Assembly: GCA_051362555.1 (NCBI GenBank)
Contig: CM120641.1
Span: forward strand, 13,392,001 to 13,456,000
DNA: 64,000 bases
Direction: 5' to 3'
Source: Lingula anatina
Taxonomy: Eukaryota; Animalia; Brachiopoda
Shown one piece after another: positions 1 to 12,129 of the stretch; the first letter of the stretch is position 1; every line of letters begins with the position of its first letter. Below the pieces are notes generated by a model, which saw only the letters and a program-made list of their open reading frames with translations, had not been told where the DNA came from and made no database searches. Made by a program: the position numbers and the translations under genes.

Positions 1-355
1 CCGTCCTCAGGGTAAAGCCATGGGCTCTTTCAAAGGTGAAGATCAAAGTACATCAACCAGTCAACTTGAAGAAGGCCTCTTGTCTGTTCTTAATGCTGAG
101 CCTGCCTCCCAACCTTCAGTGTCTTCCAGTTCCTCACCCAAGTCCTACACTAGTCAGGTGGATATAAAGGAAGAAGACCACACTGTGACAATCAAGCCTG
201 GCACAGGAGATGATGTACAGATTATTCATGGGAAGCCTAGACCTGGGAGTGTCACGATTAAGATTGGGGACGAGCCTATGCTGGCGCCACCTATCACTGA
301 TGTGGCTCCTATGCAAACACCACCCTCAGGTGATGAAACTCAGCACGAAACTTAG
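1..355 (+). CDS. 3' terminal coding exon of an unidentified gene (Ser/Pro-rich low-complexity C-terminus); gene starts left of the window
   Basis: Frame is open from the window edge to TAG at 353-355 with coding-like GC content, followed by AT-rich UTR-like DNA with AATAAA at 475-480 and 1355-1360. No recognisable domain. Confidence 0.6.
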   Translation, partial: RPQGKAMGSFKGEDQSTSTSQLEEGLLSVLNAEPASQPSVSSSSSPKSYTSQVDIKEEDHTVTIKPGTGDDVQIIHGKPRPGSVTIKIGDEPMLAPPITDVAPMQTPPSGDETQHET

Positions 356-1335
356 AGAGGTCAAGGAAAAAAAAGAATATCAAGGATTTCTGCTCAAGTC
401 TGAGTTTTTTATGACAATACCATAAAGTAATAACAGTTCTTTTTCATGACTGTACATTGGTGCAACCTTCTTTTAATAAAATTAGGAAAGCTGGGAGCCA
501 ATTGAATGCTCAGTGCAAGAGATTCTGCTTATGTTTTTATTTTGAATTATCCAGTAAAATTTGGATATGCCTCTACAGACATCAATGAATTTTGATTGCT
601 AAACAATATCCTATTTTATAATTAAAATCACAGGGCTTCCAAACAGATTATTAGAAAACAAATTTTCTACTAGGCACATGGTTTTAAAAATCAAACTTAT
701 TAATTTGAAGATGGATTTAATTTTCCCAAGAATTTCACATTTTTATATAAAAATATCTAAAAATATAATCAATTAGTCTAGTGTTTTTATAAAGCAATAT
801 TCTCTGTATTTAATCAAGAATTTTATAAAAAATAGTATTACTTTTTGAAAAACTTACTTGTTCTGACTAATAATGTGTATTATATTTGACATGTATGCCA
901 AAAAATAAGACTAGTATGTCTGTAACTAAGATAAATTTCAACATGTTGTGATATTTTTGTGGTATAATTTTGTCTGTGAAACATATATGATATACATGAA
1001 CAGATACATTTTTCACAGAACAAGTAAGATATGTGTGTAAATCTTTACTTTTTAGCTTCCTTTTGTTACATGCCTGTTTGTTTTCCATGTATTTTAGAGG
1101 TATATTTTAATAAATTTTATAAAGAATTAATCAAAATTGAGGCTTTAAACTTGTAGCTGTAATGCCACTAACATTCCAGGTTAATTTTTTGTGAATTTAG
1201 ACAAGTTCTTTTGTTAAAAATATTGTGATATATAAAGTGTACTTCATATAACAAGTATTTTTTTTACTGAAGTATTATAGCTGCATTATATAATATTTTA
1301 CATTTCTTTTTGGTCTTCATTAATTGATCTTGTTG

Positions 1336-4300
1336 TAGTAGCATACGATAAATTAATAAAGCTTTACCATTTCCAAATGTGTTTTCTTTTTATTCATAAT
1401 GTTAAAATTGAAGATACCAATCAGTGAAGCTTAAGAATTTCAAAGCTTACATTGGAATGCCAGAGAAGAATTCTATGAACTGTGTTATGTTATAAGGATC
1501 AAAATTATATCAATATAATTCCCTGTAAGGATAAAGTATTTTTTTTCTTCAATCAACAGCTAAATATTGAAATTATTTACCTCCAATATTTTATTGTCTC
1601 TCAGAGCATCTTCATTAGGGAATTAAGCCATCCAGATGAAGATAGTCTCTTTTTAAGGGATACCCTCCCCTCTACTGCCTTTAGAAAGGCATGTATACTG
1701 CTACAACAAAGAGGATGGCACCATAGTTTCTGTTGAGACCAGCCCCTGTCTACTTGACAGTATATTGCATCTCATATAGATTACAAGGACCTGTGTCCTC
1801 ATCTCTTGAAATTACATCACATGTAACCTCAGTTTAAATCCCCTTGATTTTGGGCTCTGTCACTACATGGAAATACATGATCAGTTTATTTGCATAGTTG
1901 TTAAGTTTGTCGCAATGCACCCTTGTCAATTTTTAAAAAAATTAAATGCCAAATTTCTCCAAATTGAAGGAGATATAGGCAAAGTTATTAAAGAAGTTTG
2001 GTAGAAAGTCATGTGAAGATTTTAAATTTGACCTACATTTATTATATTCAAGGTCTCATGGGCCAAAATTTTGTTAACATTTTCTGTTAAAAAGTGTTTG
2101 CTGTTGATGGTTTTCAGAAATTGCATAGACATAACTTTGGTATTATATGGTGAGAGGTTACTCTTGGGGTTTATTTTAATCTGCATGAGTTTGGGGCCAA
2201 TCAGAGCATTTTCACAGGAGATGCAGCCATTATAGTTCTCGAAACCTAGGATCCAAAATAAGATGTAAGATGGAGGACATGATCCATCATCAATTTCTGG
2301 TCTGCACACTAGATCTTCAATGGCAGCAGCATTCACTGTTGAGTCAGAACTTGTGACAGACGCAGTTTTTAGGTATTAGCTTACATGTTTGTTGAGCTCT
2401 TGCATTTTGCGTAATCTTTTTTCTGGGTATGGTGTTTCTCCTTTGTTTTTATGTGTAAAAGAAGTGTTTCATGTTAGTCACATTAAGACCACACAGATCT
2501 GGTTAATCCTTAAATAATTAGGTATGTGATTATGTGGGATGCATGAAATGAAGGAAAATGACATGCAAGGCTGCCTGTTATCATGAGAGGTTTATAGTAG
2601 CATACGATAAATTAATAAAGCTTTACCATTTCCAAATGTGTTTTTTTTATTCATAATGTTAAGATTGAAGATACCAATCAGTGAAGCCTAAGAATTTCAA
2701 AGCTTACATTGGAATGCCAGAGAAGAATTTTATGAACTGTGTTATGTTATAAGGATCAAAATTATATCAATATAATTCCCTGTAAAGATAAAGTAATTTT
2801 TTTCTTCAATCAACAGCTAAATATTGAAATTTACCTCCAATATTTTATTGTCTGTCAGAGCATCTTCATCAGGGAATTAAGCCATCCAGATGAAGATAGT
2901 CTCTTTTTAAGGGATACCCTCCCCCCTACTGCCTTTAGAAAGGCATGTATACTGCTACAACAGAGAGGATGGCACCATAGTTTCTGTTGAGACCAGCCCC
3001 TGTCTACTTGAAAGTATTTTGCATCTCATATAGATTACAAGGACCTGTATCCTCATCTCTTGAAATTACATCACATGTAACCTCAGTTTAAATCCCCTTG
3101 ATTTTGGGCTCTGTCACTACATGGAAATACATGATCAGTTTATTTGCATAATAATAATAATAATAATTTATTTTTCTATGGCGCATTCCATTAAAAATCT
3201 CAATGCGCCTTACAACATTCACTTAAAAGAGCTAAATAACACAATACTAATATAAGAACACATTACAATTTTAAAGGACTAAGAACTAATTTAAAGAACC
3301 AATTATTCATATTCTAAAATGATAAGAACCTAAAGTGACAACATTTAAAATTAATCATAAAATTACAGTACACCTTATTAAAAACTAAAATTAACTATAT
3401 GATAGCTACTGATAGGCTATTCTAAAAATATGAGTTTTCAAAAGCTTTTTAAAAGTATCTATGTCACCTGCTGCTCGTATTTCAGAGGGTAAAGTGTTCC
3501 AAACTTTGGGTGCATATATCATAAATGCCCTTTCACCGTAAAATTTACCAGCTTTTTTCTCTAAGACACTGTGTTCTAAAAGTAAATGACTAAAAGTTGA
3601 AGACCTGGTAACTCTTCCATGCTGATGTTGCTTCATAAGTTCTGAGATATAAAGTGGTTTATTCTCGGTGACTGCTTTAAAAATGACACATAAAATTTTA
3701 AATAAAATTCTCTCTCTTACTGGAAGCCAGTGAAGTTCCATCAAAACAGGTGTTATATGCTCTCGGCTATTCCATCCCATTTTAGTTACCAGCCTAGCTG
3801 CAGAATTTTGAATTAATTGAAGTTTGTTCAGATGATTTTTGCCTAAACCATATAAGAGACTGTTGCAATAATCAAGCTTAGAAGTAATGAAAGCATGGAC
3901 TAGTTTTTCAGTTGAAGTTTTGTCCAGTAAGTCACGTATCTTACTAATTCGCCAAAGTGAGTATGATGCCGATTTGCAAATTTCAGAGATCCGTCTATCC
4001 ATAGTTGCATACTGATCAAAAGTGACACCTAAATCTTTCACATAGCTAGATGGATTGATGTTGACACCACCGATACAAATATCAGATTTCATTGCATTTC
4101 CCCTGTCTGACTTAGACCTTGCATAGTTGTTAAGTTTGTCGCAATGCACCCTTGTCAATTTTTAAAAAAATTAAATGCCAAATTTCTCCAAATTGAAGGA
4201 GATATAGGCAAAGTTATTAAAGAAGTTTGGTAGAAAGTCGTGAAGATTTTAAATTTGACCTACATTTATTATATTCAAGGTCTCATGGGCCAAAATTTTG

Positions 4301-4743
4301 TTAACATTTTCTGTTAAAAAGTGTTTGCTGTTGATGGTTTTCAGAAATTGCATAGACATAACTTTGGTATTATATGGTGAGAGGTTACTCTTGGGGTTTA
4401 TTTTAATCTGCATGAGTTTGGGGCCAATCAGAGCATTTTCACAGGAGATGCAGCCATTATAGTTCCCGAAACCTAGGATCCAAAATAAGATGTAAGATGG
4501 AGGACATGATCCATCATCAATTTCTGGTCTGCACACTAGATCTTCAATGGCAGCAGCATTCACTGTTGAGTCAGAACTTGTGTTTTTCCTTTGTTTTTAT
4601 GTGTAAAAGAAGTGTTTCATGTTAGTTACATTAAGACCACACAGATCTGGTTAATCCTTAAATAATTAGGTATGCGATTATGTGGGATGCATGAAATGAA
4701 GGAAAATGACATGCAAGGCTGCCTGTTATCATGAGAGGTTTAT
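1336..4743. repeat. Head-to-tail tandem duplication of a ~1.26-kb segment (copy 1 1336-2594; copy 2 2595-4743, interrupted by a LINE)
   Basis: TAGTAGCATACGATAAATTAATAAAGC starts at 1336 and 2595, and both copies end ...CATGAGAGGTTTATA. Near-identical ORF pairs 1482/2739 and 2022/4249. Copy 2 lacks copy-1 bases 2356-2434. Confidence 0.95.
3151..4118 (-). mobile_element. 5'-truncated non-LTR retrotransposon (L2/CR1-group), C-terminal part of ORF2 reverse transcriptase, with (ATT)n 3' tail and 7-bp TSD
   Basis: ORF 3406-4158 has VKDLGV, HAFITSKLDYCNSLL, LQLIQNSAARLV, HITPVLMELHWLPV and APKVWNTLP motifs typical of L2/CR1-like RT C-termini. TSD TTGCATA at 3144-3150 and 4119-4125. (ATA)n on + at 3148-3167. 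Empty site TATTTGCATAGTTG at ~1887-1900. Confidence 0.92.
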
Positions 4744-5133
4744 ATTATTGTCTGTCAGTTGTGGTCACAGTGCTAGTCAACAAATTTCTGTACGTCCGTC
4801 ATCCTAGCTTTGTAGTTAGGTTGGTGTGCAGAATTTTGTTTAAAGGAACCCATCTCAAAGAAAAAAAATGCATTCACAAAACATGTATGGCAGATGGCTC
4901 TTCTCAATTTGTAGACATTTCTCTGCAGAATCTGAAGTCCACAAACATTGATTGATGTACACATACATTTTACCTGTTTTTTTTCTGATTTCTTTGATAC
5001 CTATTCTCAAAGTTACAGGACCAAGCAGAAGGGATGTACAGTGATTTTATATACTCACCTAAAAAAGAAATGCAAGTACTGTTATATCTATGGTTTTAAT
5101 ATACTTTTTCATACAATAATGTTACCTAAAGGG

Positions 5134-5400
5134 TAGTATATTGTTCAGTGCCCTCCCCGGGCTGCAGTACATCCAGGCTAGTAACCTTCTCATGGACTGT
5201 ATGAGACCTGAAATGCAGACCTGAGGCATCCTTCTCCATTCTTCCACTGGTGCAAGACTTCTGTCCAAATTTAAATTTAGATGAGATGTCTAGATATTAA
5301 AGCTAGTCATTGTCTGGAATTATACTCAAGCATAACAGTACATACTCCACTGAAGGACTGAGATGGTCTTATGTCACTGTACAGTGACCAGAACAATTGT
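5134..5400 (-). pseudogene. Degenerate Tc1-like transposase remnant (C-terminal region)
   Basis: Minus strand reads VEEWRRMPQVCISGLIQSMRR, then (frameshifted) CTAARGGH. This resembles the Tc1 C-terminal pattern EEW..IPQ..I..LI.SM.RRC.AVI.A.GG.T.Y. No TIRs found. Confidence 0.55.
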
Positions 5401-5434
5401 GGACTGTGTGAAGCATATATAAAAATTGCATTCC

Positions 5435-6024
5435 TTTTTTATATACAAACACAGATGTATCTGTACATATAGCCGTCACCTATGTTTGGTGTGGCTGTCA
5501 TCACCATTTCAGTGATAACACAAAAGGTGGAAAAACATTTTATCTTTTGTCTTCAAACTTATGGAACTGATGAATATTCATAAAATACAGGTGGAGTTAA
5601 AATACCAGCATGATTTAGCCATTTTTTCAAAAGTTATGCTTTTTTTTTTTTTGCTTTTTTCAGCTTATATGCAACACATATAACACATTTCAAGCAAAAC
5701 AGATAGGCCTATTGTCTTAAAACTCCCGTGAGTGATCAATCTTACCAAAATACAGGTTGAGTTCAAAAATCAGTTTGATAAGACCATTTTTACAAAAGTT
5801 ATGCTTTAATTTTTTCACTTTTTCAGCATATTTAATCCACCATTATACAGATAACATGAAAACCATGTCATAGTTTGCTTTAAAACTTGTAAGACTGATT
5901 CATAGGACTAATATACAGATCAAGTTAAAAAATAAGCTTGATGGGTTTTTGATGAAGTTATGCTTTTTTATGTATATAAGTGATGGTTTTTCCTCAGATT
6001 CAATTCTTAGGCATGTTAACAGTC
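5435..6024 (+). mobile_element. Truncated, diverged copy of HINE-like family A (5' end plus ~160-bp repeats)
   Basis: Starts TTTTTTATATACAAACACAGATGTATCTGTACATATAGCC, a degenerate form of the 5' palindrome at 15053 and 20190. Same repeat units, ending at CAATTCTTAGGCATGTTAACAGTC as at ~15771-15794. Confidence 0.8.
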
Positions 6025-6145
6025 AAAAAGCTTGCCGTCTAATCCGCTAATAGACACTAAATAGTTAATAGACACTGAATAGTTTCCCTGTGGGTCAGAG
6101 ATATTTAACCCGTGGAGTAGTTAGTCCGCTGTTCTGAATGTGGCC
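6025..6145 (-). mobile_element. Partial inverted copy of the Harbinger-like MITE at 12130-12273
   Basis: AAAAAGCTTGCCGTCTAATCCGCTAATAGACACT is the reverse complement of 12221-12254. Ends GTTCTGAATGTGGCC + AAA (TIR end). Confidence 0.75.
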
Positions 6146-6516
6146 AAAGGGATAACCCCAAAAGTGGCAAGCTGGGGTTTGCTCTGGTTAAAATTTTTGA
6201 TACCTTTCCACACTTGTTAAGTTATTAAGTCAAAGAAACGTCTTTAAGTGCTGTAATTACTTCACCCTGAATGATACTTTTCTAAGAGTGCAGTGTCATT
6301 TGAAGTATAAGCTAGTAATCCAAAATGTTGCAATGTGAAATATCCTTATTTAAAGTAATTCTGAAATATAATTTTTTTAAAAATGATATACTAATCAGGA
6401 GAAAGCAAAACAATTGCATTTTTTTTAGATAAAATAGTAAAGCTGGCATGCCTTGTGGCTGTATCTGTGATGAAAGTCCACATAATTTAAATGCTAGAGC
6501 ATACCGGTAGTATTAA

Positions 6517-7080
6517 GGGTACTGACAGGGTTGATCTTAAAAATGACAAAAATGAATTTTTGGTGCATTTTGTTATTCAGTAATGCATTTATCTTTTTTA
6601 ACATTAAAAATCCCTTTAAAATAATAAAATATGGGCCTTTATACCAGTATTTCTCGTTGCTAAGCATAAGAATAGGCAACTTGAAGCATTTATCATCAAT
6701 TTAACACCCCTCTATTTTGAGGTGAGATAGCAATCAGTATGGGGCGTAACTCCATCCCTGAGCAAGATCGTATACCAGAAACTTCATTAAACAAAGGCAT
6801 TGTTTTCAGATAAAATCGATAAAATCTGAATCCAGACTTGGCATGGTTTAGAAGTACCAACTGCTGTCATTAAATTGGCATTAGAACGGTGTTTGTGGGT
6901 GCATGTGGCAAGGAGAAATTTGAGACAACGATTTTGCAGTTTTTATCCCAAAATCGCACTGATGATGACATTTGTGTAAATGCTAAGGAATTAAGTCAGT
7001 GAACTCTGAAGTTTTATCTATTATCCCAGAAATTGTTTGTAAAGCATATGAAGAGTTTTGGCCTAACCTTGGCAGTACCC
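6517..7080. mobile_element. Non-autonomous TTAA-site TIR element (Kolobok-like)
   Basis: TTAA|GGGTACTGACAGGGTT ... AACCTTGGCAGTACCC|TTAC (14/16 TIR). Internal sequence 6697-6770 matches 36812-36885. Confidence 0.7.
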
Positions 7081-8129
7081 TTACATGGTTTACAGAGGGT
7101 AAATTGGCAAAACGCATTTATGTGCATGGCACATGCATATTTCTTAACTTATGCATAAAATTCCTTGTCATGGCCATAATGCATAATTTCAATTGTGCTG
7201 GTAATTTTCTTTCAAACATATCTGGTGTTCTGTTAATGACACATGACCAAATACAAAGCTCAAAAACCATTTGCATAGCCTGTTAGTAATCATAGCAATA
7301 TTAAGGTTTGCCATATTTGTGGTTTTACGGACGTCAGCAAGCTTCCTGTAGGCCTACTGTACTGTTTATTGAAGATAGTTTCACAGTTAATTATAGTGTA
7401 TAATTAGTTGTGAAAAGATGATTGATTTGTTTATTTTGCCAAAAAATAATTGGTACAGGAAACGCAATATCTTTGTTGTTGCCCCCCCCCCCCCAAAAAA
7501 AAAAAAATTAATTAATTAATAAAATAAGATAAAAAATATTTCTGCTCTAAGAGTATTACATACATCACTTTCAAAGCATAATGTTTAGTGATTTTGCCTG
7601 TATCAAAAGTGATTACAGGTACCTTCTCTGACAGTCTTCCCAATCCTGACTCAGTTATATACATGCATTTCATAATAATAATTATTTTTAATATTATAAT
7701 AATAAAATAATTGAAAAAATTGAAATAGTTGAAATCCAAACGGAAAAATTAGTTTGAAAAGAGCTAATAGTGAATACCTGTACGAAAATGCAGAAAAAAA
7801 TGGTTGCCCAACCTTAGTGGTTACGATGTTTGATAACGAATACAGGAAACTCCTTGGGTGTTGTACAACACTGAGACATCAGCCAGTGCATCGTCAGAAG
7901 AGTATTTCTTGACACCAACCGGCGGTCGCCCATGTCTCAGACATTTGAAACACTTTGTCAGATTGATGGGCCCTTGGCCGCTGTACATGCACCAGTCCCA
8001 GCGATCAATAAGTAAAAACATCATTTTACTGCTGCTATGTTTGTTTCACATATGGAATATACAGCAAGTAACGGAAAGATACCGTGAATTTCAAACAGCT
8101 CGTAAATTTCGATCTTAAAATTGGTCGTC

Positions 8130-8176
<47 letters not shown>

Positions 8177-9646
8177 GGGGGGGGGCGCATGAATTTCGAC
8201 AAGTAAGCTATTTCGCTTGAGCTATTTTCAGGCTCATACAGTTAGCGATATTGCCCTACTGTACCTTTACGTGAGCGGCCCAAGTTGCAAGATAACGGAC
8301 AGTACAGTTGGCTTGGGACGAAAAACAGCATCGTGGTCAAAATTACGGCGTTTTAGTAAGATAATAGGAGAATAAATTATAGCTGCACAGTCGCTCTAGA
8401 TAGCGTATTTTACCTGACCACTCTGTGGGAGATGGATTTTGGATTTCGTAAGTCACTTTTTAAGTTTATTTCCAGGCGTAGCGATCAGTCTGTACATACT
8501 GACAGAAAAAAATGTGTAACGCACACTTGTGTAACTTGAAATCAGTGTTATATGTTATTATATGTTATTATAGTGATATCAAAATATCTGAGAATAATAA
8601 TAATGTCTCTACAATCTAAATTATCACTGTCACAATCTGTCAAACATATGAAGTAAGAAAACAAGCATAGTGCAATGATTTTTGAAATTTGGCCATTCAA
8701 GGACACCCCACTAATTAATATAATTATTCTCTTTGCAATTAGAAATTGAAATAAGCATAACAGTTTTACTAACAAATTGTACAATTTAATTTAAACTGGA
8801 CCAGTGATCCAAATTTTTAACTTGTGCATGCTCAAAAAGTTCCGGATAGTTTCAAAAACAAGTACTAAATGTACAAATGTCTTTTAATTTGATGAATTTG
8901 AATCCTAATTTTAATTTAAATTGATTATCCTCAACTGAAGCGCATATGAGGGGATCTTAATTCGATAAACAACAAATTTCTATTATTTAAATCATAAATT
9001 AAAGTCATTTAGAAACCTATCGGGAAAATGTAATTTGAGATCGTTTACACTACATGTATTACTATTCTACAGTTGACCTTCAAATAAATCCGGAGAACTG
9101 ATGGCTTACGTAAGTCTTCAGAACCGTTAATGATGGACCAATTATTAGACGCTGCACTGGACTTGTTGCTTGTTTTTCAGTAAATTATTCTGGTGCTAAA
9201 CGGGAATTGGACATATAAGCCAGACTAATGAAGCGCTACCGGAAATCTTTGAATTATTACCAGTGATTCAATAAAGAATGTTAATTAATATGTGGCATAA
9301 TACATATATTTTTTAAACATTTAAATGTTCTACAGTTACTTTTTGCGTCCAAAATTGCCAGCTTCCATCTCCAGCATGTTTTACAGGTTCTGCACAGATC
9401 CTATTTTTCATTAATATAAAAAGACGATGAAATAAATGAAACGTAAAAAGAGAAAATAAGTACAATATCCACGTTTAGTTAAATGTGACGTAAATATTTT
9501 AATATTTAAAAATGACACATTGAATCTAAACATTGATACACGTTAATCAGTTAGTAACATTTTGATTAAACTTGATTTCATCACAAAAAAATTCAGATTG
9601 CTAGTGGTCTTCATCACTACCTATCAGGCTCATTTTAATGTTAAAA

Positions 9647-10696
9647 TTAAGTCGGTAATGCTCTGCAGAAACAAGATTTATACATGGTTTGAATTGCTTT
9701 TCTGAGTGCCGTGTTTTTGCCATACAGTATGATGGCATCCATTGTGCGTGAGAGCTGGAAAAGTAACGAAGCTACAATATGTGCTTCTGGGCCTATGGGT
9801 ATGAGGTTCAGCACAATACCTGGAGTAAGGTTGCAGACAAAGTTGTTCAGCATCAAGAGAAACATAGTCTTGGTTAGCTGTAGTTCGGTTTTAGCGAGAT
9901 ACGACTGCTGCTGCTGCGATGGCAAATTCTCTGGGGTAGGATTCTGCGCTGGAGCAATTTTTTCCTTCAATTTTTTCATCTTATAGATGATAACGCCATC
10001 GCAAGCCAACATGATGAGCGATGCTGCCACATATAAGACCATAAAGAAAGCCATTGAATTACAGTGTTTCTTCTTTATATCATACATACATAACAAGCTT
10101 TCTGGGTTATAACGTATAACCTTGCGCCTGCACACAAAAGATGTTTTAATTATGAAAAGCATGGGTAGCAACCACGCCAAAGCAATTAGTCCCCCTATAC
10201 ATTTTGATGATTTTAATTTACTCGCCACTGCATTGCCTGGTTTGCTGGAAATAACGATACAGCGCTGAAATCCAATAAGAGCCAACAGCAAAGCAGACAC
10301 CGTGAGCAGGGGCAGCTTGACGTAGAAGGAGAAGGTACAGAGTCTCTGTCCTATGTCCAAGTATGGGATCGTAAATGCCAGAAATTGTGGAAATGTCTCC
10401 AGGAAGGATACCATGGAGTTGTTGAAGGTGAGACTGCAGATGAGGATGTAGTAGGCAGTCTTGTGGAACTTTGGGATTTGCAGTATGGCTGCGACAATGG
10501 ATGTGTTGCCAACGGCTCCCAAAATGACAAAGATTCCCTTCAGTGTGAGAATAACAACACGGAGTGAAACTGGGACCCTTTTAAATGACAAAGTTTCTGT
10601 GTTGTTCTGTAGAGCTTCAGTCTGGAACCCTGACTCATTGATGAGAGAAAAATTTTCAAAAGATTCCAGATACGTCCTGTTATAACTATCTAGCAT
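9647..10696 (-). CDS. Intronless rhodopsin-like (class A) GPCR, orphan, with divergent signature motifs
   Basis: 349-aa ORF with N-terminal N-glycosylation sequons and seven hydrophobic segments. TM1 GN, TM3 Cys and QRCIVI (DRY position), TM4 AWLLP, ECL2 Cys, TM6 VCNLTP, TM7 MDAIILYG, helix-8-like LRKAI and C-terminal Cys. Confidence 0.9.
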   Translation of the reverse strand: MLDSYNRTYLESFENFSLINESGFQTEALQNNTETLSFKRVPVSLRVVILTLKGIFVILGAVGNTSIVAAILQIPKFHKTAYYILICSLTFNNSMVSFLETFPQFLAFTIPYLDIGQRLCTFSFYVKLPLLTVSALLLALIGFQRCIVISSKPGNAVASKLKSSKCIGGLIALAWLLPMLFIIKTSFVCRRKVIRYNPESLLCMYDIKKKHCNSMAFFMVLYVAASLIMLACDGVIIYKMKKLKEKIAPAQNPTPENLPSQQQQSYLAKTELQLTKTMFLLMLNNFVCNLTPGIVLNLIPIGPEAHIVASLLFQLSRTMDAIILYGKNTALRKAIQTMYKSCFCRALPT

Positions 10697-11131
10697 GGTT
10701 TTCTCTGCAATCTCCTAGCTAGTTTTTGCTGTAATTTACAGAAATTGCGCTGGTCTTGACACACCTTAGCTATCAAGTGAAGCTGTGCCTTGTGATATGC
10801 TTTTACCTTACACCCTGCAAGATCTACCTAACATTTGTGAATATTTGTCATCACTATTTTCGGTTTAATTATCCAATAGAAGAACTTTTTCATTCGTCAC
10901 AGGCTACTCACAGCAGTCAACTGCACAACTGCATGCAGTGCACAAGTTGTCAGCTATTGGTTGAGTTAAATTTGTCTCCAAGTTGAGAGATTTGTAACAT
11001 CCAATGATATACAAGCATGTAGAAAATAATGTATGAGAAGTATATGCATGCAAAATATACCACAGGGCACCCATACTGCAACTATAAAACACGCGTGTAC
11101 TGCCTTGTATCCTGAATAGTCAGACAATTAA

Positions 11132-11788
11132 GGATATTGTCACCCTTCGCCCCAAACTCCTTATTTGCTGCCTTACATACATTCTTTTGAGTGATAAATA
11201 AAACTTCAATGTACAGTGACCAACTTAATTAACATGTACACATTTCATCTTACATAATTGTGATTTGGGGTTAAAAACTGAAAAATCGGTTTCTCAAATT
11301 TCTCTTTTACCTCAGCACCCACGATCACTGTTTCAACGCCGATTTAATGACACCATTTAGCAGTACTCCAAAACCCTGCAAGCAATGCAATTGATAACGC
11401 AAAATAATGCCTTTGTTTGATGGAAATCTGTAATTAAGGGCTCATAACTCCATAACAAAAATATTTAAACCAAATGACGGCACGGGATTGTAGCCTATAC
11501 ACTTCTGGTCAACTCTGCCATTTTCGTGATAAAAACTTGTTCAGGAATGAAGTCACCGATTGTTATTTTGCCTCAAAATAAAAGGTGTTAAATTAAAGAT
11601 TAAAGCTTTGAGTTGCCTATGCTTATACATTGCAAATATATATAGGGCCTATATACTCAGATATTTTATATTTTTGAGGGTTTTTCATTTTTTTAAATCA
11701 GCACAAAGATAGATGCATTATTGAATAATTAGATGCAGGAAAAACCAAATTTTCGTTATCTGGATGATAATAAAGGGTTACAATATCC
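11132..11788. mobile_element. Non-autonomous TTAA-site TIR element (Kolobok-like), inverted copy of 36629-37304
   Basis: TTAA|GGATATTGTCACCCT ... AGGGTTACAATATCC|TTAG (14/15 TIR). The body is a reverse-complement homolog of the 36.6-kb element. Confidence 0.85.
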
Positions 11789-12129
11789 TTAGGGTGTTTT
11801 GCCATTGCCTGTTTCTTGGTTAACACTGCAATTTTTTCCACTCAAATGATTTTTTAAAATCAATCAATGTTCTGGTCAAATTACAAATAATATAATTTAT
11901 GGCAGATTTTTCAAACTTTTATGTAAAAAAATATATATTTTTGTAAAATTGTTAATGTTGTAATATTGTAGTTTAATTATACATTTTATGGTTATCAACT
12001 GACCGGCTTACTACAAATAGATGAATGATGAATGCACGAACTAAACACCAATTTGAACATTGAACAATTAGAAAGTTTGATGACAAAGCTAGGTAACTGC
12101 TGAATAGAAACCCAGTTTGAAAATACTTT

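Noticed and set aside
7821-8118. Short overlapping ORFs of 67 and 86 aa in a GC-richer patch
   Set aside because: No recognisable domain or convincing exon chain; could be a gene fragment but cannot be supported.
7482-8185. C13A13 (7482-7507) and T44G10 (8132-8185) as long-range inverted termini
   Set aside because: Homopolymers only, with no TSD or complex-sequence complementarity; such runs are common and error-prone.
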